DNA of 64,000 nucleotides from an uncultured delta proteobacterium (GTDB lineage: Bacteria; Desulfobacterota; RBG-13-43-22): the NCBI GenBank assembly GCA_963838485.1, contig CAWIRY010000091.1:128658-192657 (forward strand), in the 5' to 3' direction. Shown piece by piece: positions 58,757 to 64,000 of the stretch; positions within the stretch are counted from its first letter, which is position 1; each line of letters opens with the position of its first letter. The translations under genes were made by a program, and so were the position numbers. The notes below the pieces were generated by a model. The model was not told the origin of the DNA, made no database searches, and was given only the letters and a program-made list of their open reading frames with translations.

Positions 58757-60714
58757 AAGCGGATTGGGGTTGCCCAGAGTCGTTCAGCGATGTCCGACCA
58801 TTTATCGAAAGGAGGACGACCGTGAACAAATCAGGCATGGCTGCTTCCTTCACGGACCGGCTGGTAAAACGAGTCCAAATCGGCTTGGATTGGATTCACA
58901 CCTGGGCCAACGTAATCAAGCCCTGCCGTTTCTCTCTGATCATGGTCGGTGCCGGGGCGTTTTTTTTGCTCCTGGTCCCGCAGGGCCAGGATCTTCTGCG
59001 CGGCCTGGCTGAGCGCCTCTCGGGAACCACGGCAGACAATTATCTGCGTTTGTTTTTCTTCTTGAGCGCCCTCTTCTGGACCGTTTCGGCCTGGTATTGG
59101 TCGCGCGTCATGCTCTTCCTTAAGTTTCCGGGCGTGCCGTCCAATATTCCAAGATTTCACCCTTTCCGCACCAAGGCCCCGCGCACTATCGGCTTTTGTG
59201 CCGCCATGTGCATCGCCGCCGCCCTGTTTCGAGCCTCCTTCGGGTACGATGATCCGAATGACCCGGGACGCCTTCTCTTGTTGGAGTATGCCCTGGGAGC
59301 CTTTCTTGGGGCCCTTGTCTTCCTTTATTTAGTCACCAAGCGGCGCGTTTGGATGACCGTCCTATATAAGCGGCTAAGGCCACTCATTTCCCCGGGCAAT
59401 CGCCATCCCATCTTCACCCCTTTCGTGAACCTTTTCAAGATAACGCCCAGTAACGATCTCGAGTACGGCGTTTCTGCTGTTAGGGGTCTTCCCCGGCGAG
59501 TAAAGGTCTTTGCCGGAGGAACGCTGGTCCTGGCCTGCTTCCTCTTTTTTCTGTTCTGGCTGGTACCCCAGCAGACAGCGCCGCTCATAGGGGCCGCCGC
59601 GATCTTGCTACTTGCCGCCGCCGGCTGGATCGCGGGGGGCAGCATCCTGGACTTCATCGGAATGAGGCTCCGCATTCCGGTCCTCTCTTCACTGCTCATC
59701 CTGGCCATTATCTTCAGTCTCTGGAACGACAACCATGGGGTCCGCACCCTTCCAACGCCTCCACCCCTCTTAGAAAAACGTTGGAATGTCCGCGAAGCCC
59801 TTATGGCCTGGCACAAGCATCAGTTGCTGCGTCCTTCTCCGACCGGCTTTTATCCGCTTTTCGTCGTGGCCGCCGAGGGCGGCGGCATTCGAGCCGCCTA
59901 TTGGGCCGCCAGCGTGCTCGGCCGGATCACGGACAAAAACCCCTGCTTCCCCGATCAATTGTTCGCCATAAGCGGCGTTTCAGGGGGAAGTCTCGGTTCG
60001 GCCGTATTCATTGCTCAGTTGGCCGATGCCCCGGTAACCGCCGACGGCTTTTATGGCGACCGGGATGGTCGCCGGCCGCCGGCCGCAAAAGATATACTGC
60101 CGAACACTCAAAAAATGTTGAGTGAGGATTTTCTGGCGCCGGTCGTGGGGGCCATGCTTTACCCGGACCTTTTTCAGCGCTTTTGGTTCTGGCCGATGCC
60201 CAGCTTCGACCGAGCCCGGACTTTGGAAGGGGCCTGGGAGAAAGCCTGGAGCCAGACCATAAAGAATGATCGGTTCTCTAAACCCTTCGACGACCTTTGG
60301 AAGAATCAAGGGCGGAAATGGCTGCCGGCCCTGTTTTTGAATTCCACCTGGGTGGAAACCGGCAAACGGCTGATCGTCAGCAATCTGAGGCTAACGCCCG
60401 AAGACTTCAATGACGCCGAAGATCTGAACAATTTCTATACTGAGGAATCGTTACCCCTCAGCACCGCCGTACACTTAAGCGCCCGTTTCACCTATGTCAG
60501 CCCCGCCGGGACCCTTGAAAAGGAGGGCCGAATTTATGGACGCGCCGTGGATGGCGGCTATTTCGAAAACTCCGGGGAGACGACGGTCCTTGAAATCCTG
60601 CAGGCTATCGACGTTCTTGCTGATAATGATCCGGCTTGGAAGAAGGTGGAACCGGTCGTCATCCACATCAGGCATCCATACCACCCCACCAGTATTGAAT
60701 TTGCTGGATTTTAG
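58750..60714 (+). CDS. Patatin-like phospholipase with a large N-terminal multi-pass membrane domain
   Basis: Oxyanion hole GGGIRAAY and nucleophile GVSGGS (G-x-S-x-G) after about 8 hydrophobic segments; the real start may be MAASF (58837). Confidence 0.65.
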   Translation: MLKADWGCPESFSDVRPFIERRTTVNKSGMAASFTDRLVKRVQIGLDWIHTWANVIKPCRFSLIMVGAGAFFLLLVPQGQDLLRGLAERLSGTTADNYLRLFFFLSALFWTVSAWYWSRVMLFLKFPGVPSNIPRFHPFRTKAPRTIGFCAAMCIAAALFRASFGYDDPNDPGRLLLLEYALGAFLGALVFLYLVTKRRVWMTVLYKRLRPLISPGNRHPIFTPFVNLFKITPSNDLEYGVSAVRGLPRRVKVFAGGTLVLACFLFFLFWLVPQQTAPLIGAAAILLLAAAGWIAGGSILDFIGMRLRIPVLSSLLILAIIFSLWNDNHGVRTLPTPPPLLEKRWNVREALMAWHKHQLLRPSPTGFYPLFVVAAEGGGIRAAYWAASVLGRITDKNPCFPDQLFAISGVSGGSLGSAVFIAQLADAPVTADGFYGDRDGRRPPAAKDILPNTQKMLSEDFLAPVVGAMLYPDLFQRFWFWPMPSFDRARTLEGAWEKAWSQTIKNDRFSKPFDDLWKNQGRKWLPALFLNSTWVETGKRLIVSNLRLTPEDFNDAEDLNNFYTEESLPLSTAVHLSARFTYVSPAGTLEKEGRIYGRAVDGGYFENSGETTVLEILQAIDVLADNDPAWKKVEPVVIHIRHPYHPTSIEFAGF

Positions 60715-61276
60715 CCCACATTAGAGTCATTAGAGTAATTATGGACACTACGTTTTGTGTCCACGCTTGTGTCCGCGGATAAGGAGGTTTTAATTACAGA
60801 TTGGTTGAAGGAATGGATAACCAAGGCTCTTAATATATTAAAATGTCTACAAATTTCCATAAATTTCTATAAATTTCCATATCGACTAATAATCTTTCAG
60901 GGATTATATTTATTTTTAAGGATAAGGTTTATCACTTATTGTACGCCCCCTTTAATCGAGGAGAGGCGAAATTGGCTTGGCACCCGAGGTACGTCTTTAG
61001 TAAGGAGGGAAAGCCATTCCTGGAAACAATGACGGCTTTTTTATTTTTCACAACAACTTAAACCTAAATTGAGCGATTTTTTAGATTGGAAATAATACGA
61101 CTCATTTTTCTGAAAATATTTACAACCCAAAGACCATAATTTTCTATGCCGGAGCTTATTTTTTAAAAATAAACAGGAAAGATGTGATTAAAGGGAGACC
61201 CAAAAGCATCTGAGGGTATTTTTGGGCACACCGCACCATCGATATTCTATGACATAATAATGAGCCGACGGATTTC

Positions 61277-62689
61277 TTAGGTCTGTCCAATAGGTATGGG
61301 ATTTTCACTTTTTATCCATAAATGATAAAAATTAAGGGCCTGCCAGGCTGCTCGGGTAATTTTAAGGGTAATTCTATCAGCATGGTGAATAATCTTTCCA
61401 GCCACATCAAGAATTTTTCGTCTCAAGGTGGTAGCGTAGCTGCTCACTGCGACTACCGGCGCACAAACATCTTCTTTAAAAGCCTCATAAATAAAAAAAC
61501 CTATCAGCAGGGTAAAATAAAAGGCCGCATTTTGGTGAAATCGTTTAAACGGAAGCTGTTGGCTGCCAAAATCTTTCAAGGCCCGGTTAACCAACTCGTC
61601 TCCCCCTCGATCATGATACGACTCTACAATTCCTCCCGAGGTCAACAGGGTGCTCATTCCAGCCTCAACCAGCTCCTTATCCAGTTCTATCTCTCCACCC
61701 AGATTGGTGTAGATGATGGTATCCGGACGGGCAAAGTTCAGAAGCATCTGCCTGTCTTTGTACAGGGGACGGCAAAAAATCGCTCTTCGGCCCCGATCCC
61801 AACTATCCCGCTGGTCCACAAACTCCACATACTCCCAGACTTGTTCTCCATTTTTATAGGAACCCCAAGTCGAATGGTCTATCTGGGCTACCCGGTTCTT
61901 GATATCTTCGTAAAGCTTTCCTCCACAAATATATCCCACCTTCAGCGTTTCAAAAACTTTGAAGATCTTCTGATCAAAAAAACCACTGTCCAATCGAATG
62001 ATAATCGGCACCTCCGGTCTATATTTTTTCCGGATAAAGGTCACCATGCGACGGACCATCTTCTCGACATCCGTTCCGTGATTGGAGTGCTTATCCCCGC
62101 TACGGAAAAGAGCATCGACGATAAATCGACTCCAAGTCATCTGAAGCGGTTGGAATCCTTTTTCTTTCTTATAGGTCGGTTTGACTCCTTCCCGGATCGT
62201 AGCCTCGTCATTGTCCATGACCATCGTATCGATACCCAGGATGATCACCGCGGGTTTTGCTATTTGAAGCCGCCATCCAAAAAGTCTCAGCAACACTTGG
62301 CGAAATAAATGGGTCCAGTGAAACAAAAGGGATTGATAAAATCGCTTGATCGCATGCGAAGAAAGCATTTGGGAGCTATCGGTCTCAATGGTCTGGGCAT
62401 AGCCCTCGTCTTTTTTGAGCGTATCAAAATAAACCAAATGCCGACTGGTCCCATCCAACAAAAAACAGAACAATTGCTTAAATATCTCTGTAATGGCTTG
62501 CCCTTTACCACTCTTGCGCACCGGGCCAAAAAACTCCTCCAGGTATGGAAACAGGCCGATGTTTCTCAAATAACGAACAAACAACGTCAATCCCGCTCGA
62601 CTCGTCAACACGTTATCCGTTACTTCTACCTGATCGATTTTGGGGTTGCTTTTCTTTCCATCCGTAGTATGATTCATCTTTCCTCCCAC
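61277..62689 (-). CDS. IS1380-family (IS4-like) DDE transposase
   Basis: 470 aa; inferred from general similarity to DDE_Tnp_1-like IS1380 transposases (LGIDTM...; IRLDSGF...). Confidence 0.6.
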   Translation of the reverse strand: MGGKMNHTTDGKKSNPKIDQVEVTDNVLTSRAGLTLFVRYLRNIGLFPYLEEFFGPVRKSGKGQAITEIFKQLFCFLLDGTSRHLVYFDTLKKDEGYAQTIETDSSQMLSSHAIKRFYQSLLFHWTHLFRQVLLRLFGWRLQIAKPAVIILGIDTMVMDNDEATIREGVKPTYKKEKGFQPLQMTWSRFIVDALFRSGDKHSNHGTDVEKMVRRMVTFIRKKYRPEVPIIIRLDSGFFDQKIFKVFETLKVGYICGGKLYEDIKNRVAQIDHSTWGSYKNGEQVWEYVEFVDQRDSWDRGRRAIFCRPLYKDRQMLLNFARPDTIIYTNLGGEIELDKELVEAGMSTLLTSGGIVESYHDRGGDELVNRALKDFGSQQLPFKRFHQNAAFYFTLLIGFFIYEAFKEDVCAPVVAVSSYATTLRRKILDVAGKIIHHADRITLKITRAAWQALNFYHLWIKSENPIPIGQT

Positions 62690-62872
62690 CCATTGGGTTA
62701 CTGGGTCTTCAAGAGTGTTGTTTCCCGTTCTCTTGTTATACCAAATAGTTGCCCTTTTGGGTGGGTTTTTTTATGCAAAAAATAGATTTTATTAGGTTAA
62801 ACTTAATCAGGAGGTGAGGAAGGGATTTGATGGGGTAAAAAATTCTATTTGACTGGCAAGTGCAGGCCGATT

Positions 62873-62900
62873 CTTTCAAAAGGATCGGCCTTTTTGTTTT
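62873..62900. repeat. Terminator-like hairpin repeat (ggccgat...atcggccttttt), copy 1 of 3; the others are at 63706-63737 and 63822-63852
   Basis: caggccgattctttcaaaaggatcggcctttttgttttt, followed in copies 1 and 3 by cctttaaaccaatt. Confidence 0.6.
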
Positions 62901-63050
62901 TAAACCTTTAAACCAATTCCGGGGTAATCTCAAAGTTAAAATCCCCGTTTTTTTCTGGGTTAATGCGGAAGAATCTCTTTGGGATGAAACCACAGACCCA
63001 TCCTGCCGGTTTTAAGGCAGGGAACAATAAGAAGAAAGAGGTAAAGAAAA

Positions 63051-63638
63051 ATGGAGAATTTTAAAAAAAACGCGGACCAAATTTATAAGGAATTAAAGGC
63101 CAGGTTTATAGAGCTTGGGTTCCCTATCTATGGTGAAGAAAAAGATGATGAATATCCTCAATTTTCTTCCCTAATATTTTTTAAAAAACGTGAATCTTTT
63201 TTAAGAGTAGCAATCCTTCCCAATGATAGTTCTACTTTTGTTGGGATAGGGATCTGGCAAAGGGAGATTCCCCAAGAAAAGTTTGAGTTTGTTTCCGAGC
63301 TGATGAGAATCATTAACAAAAGCCTTGGTCAAAATAAGCTTGGTGCCTTTCAGGAAAATGGAACTTACGTTATAGGTACCGGAATGAACATAACCGGTAG
63401 GGCGATTGATAAACTTTTGTTCCACAAAACCTTATATCAATTGTTTTTGGAAGTAGATTTTTATGGGTCGCTCATTGAAGAACAATGTAAATCTGACAAG
63501 ACGCCAACTGTTCTTTGGAACCGGTTTTTACAAGACCATAAAGATCGTGAGCTTGAGAAGGAAAAAGGAAAGACCCCCAAATTAGTCACGGAATATATAT
63601 GTTTTGTCTCCATTGGGGAAGACTGTAACTATTTTTAA
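63051..63638 (+). CDS. Hypothetical protein (195 aa)
   Basis: ORF flanked by repeated terminator-like hairpins. Confidence 0.4.
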   Translation: MENFKKNADQIYKELKARFIELGFPIYGEEKDDEYPQFSSLIFFKKRESFLRVAILPNDSSTFVGIGIWQREIPQEKFEFVSELMRIINKSLGQNKLGAFQENGTYVIGTGMNITGRAIDKLLFHKTLYQLFLEVDFYGSLIEEQCKSDKTPTVLWNRFLQDHKDRELEKEKGKTPKLVTEYICFVSIGEDCNYF

Positions 63639-64000
63639 CCCAATTAACCCAGGGGCATTTTCAAATGAGATGTCCCTTTTTTATTTTCAAAATAATAAAA
63701 GGGAAGGCCGATTTCCTAAAGGAGTCGGCCTTTTTGTTTTAAAACGCTAAATAAAAAGAGAACGAAAGGGGGTGATGCGCATGTAATTAATTGATAATCA
63801 CAGAAAGAGTAAACTGGGGTGGCCGATTCTCATCATAGGGATCGGCCTTTTTTATTTCTAAGGCCTTTAACCAATTAAAAACTGAAAGGACAAGACAGAT
63901 GAGTAATAAGAAACCAAAGATTCAGAAAGATGTTGGACCGGTTTTGGAGAATACTGTTAACTCTGATCCAAAGCCATTAGAAACACCTCAAAACTTAGAA

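Overview
The window is a roughly 50% GC bacterial chromosomal segment. On gene content it could be Desulfobacterota- or deltaproteobacteria-like, but that is only an inference. Recognisable housekeeping blocks are interrupted by two accessory regions.

Housekeeping blocks: ldcA, a hybrid sensor kinase, a TldD/PmbA-like protein, birA, thiD-thiC, dnaJ and an XdhC-like gene; then a citramalate/isopropylmalate synthase, lysC, tsaE, nnr, acpS and a Liv-type ABC transporter; then glpK, an MFS transporter and a patatin-like protein.

Accessory region 1 is an AT-rich island (about 14.3-26.2 kb) that begins with a 3' fragment of a tRNA gene. It carries an AlkA-like HhH-GPD DNA glycosylase next to an SRA(YDG)-HNH modification-dependent nuclease, several unknown proteins, a small tyrosine recombinase with a perfect 15-bp inverted repeat just upstream, a TPR/HExxH-peptidase pair, an IS3-family element that truncates a sigma54 activator, and an xis-int module inserted into a ComEA-like gene.

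Accessory region 2 (about 39.6-52 kb) starts with an inverted, about 93% identical paralog of the same xis-int module. The rest of it is IS-rich: an IS1634-family element, a DUF4338 gene plus an IS66 transposase, an orphan IS21 istB with terminal tandem repeats, a DUF433/DUF5615 toxin-antitoxin-like pair, a duplicated GDSL-hydrolase 5' end, a DUF4062 remnant and an AAA ATPase. An IS1380-family transposase lies near the window end.

The two xis-int copies flank 13.5 kb of core genes in inverted orientation.

Other points: a structured, riboswitch-like leader precedes lysC; a 33-aa bS22-like protein gene was missed by the ORF track; there are several families of intergenic repeats; and at least six genes are interrupted by frameshifts that mostly sit on homopolymer runs, which suggests indel errors in the assembly.
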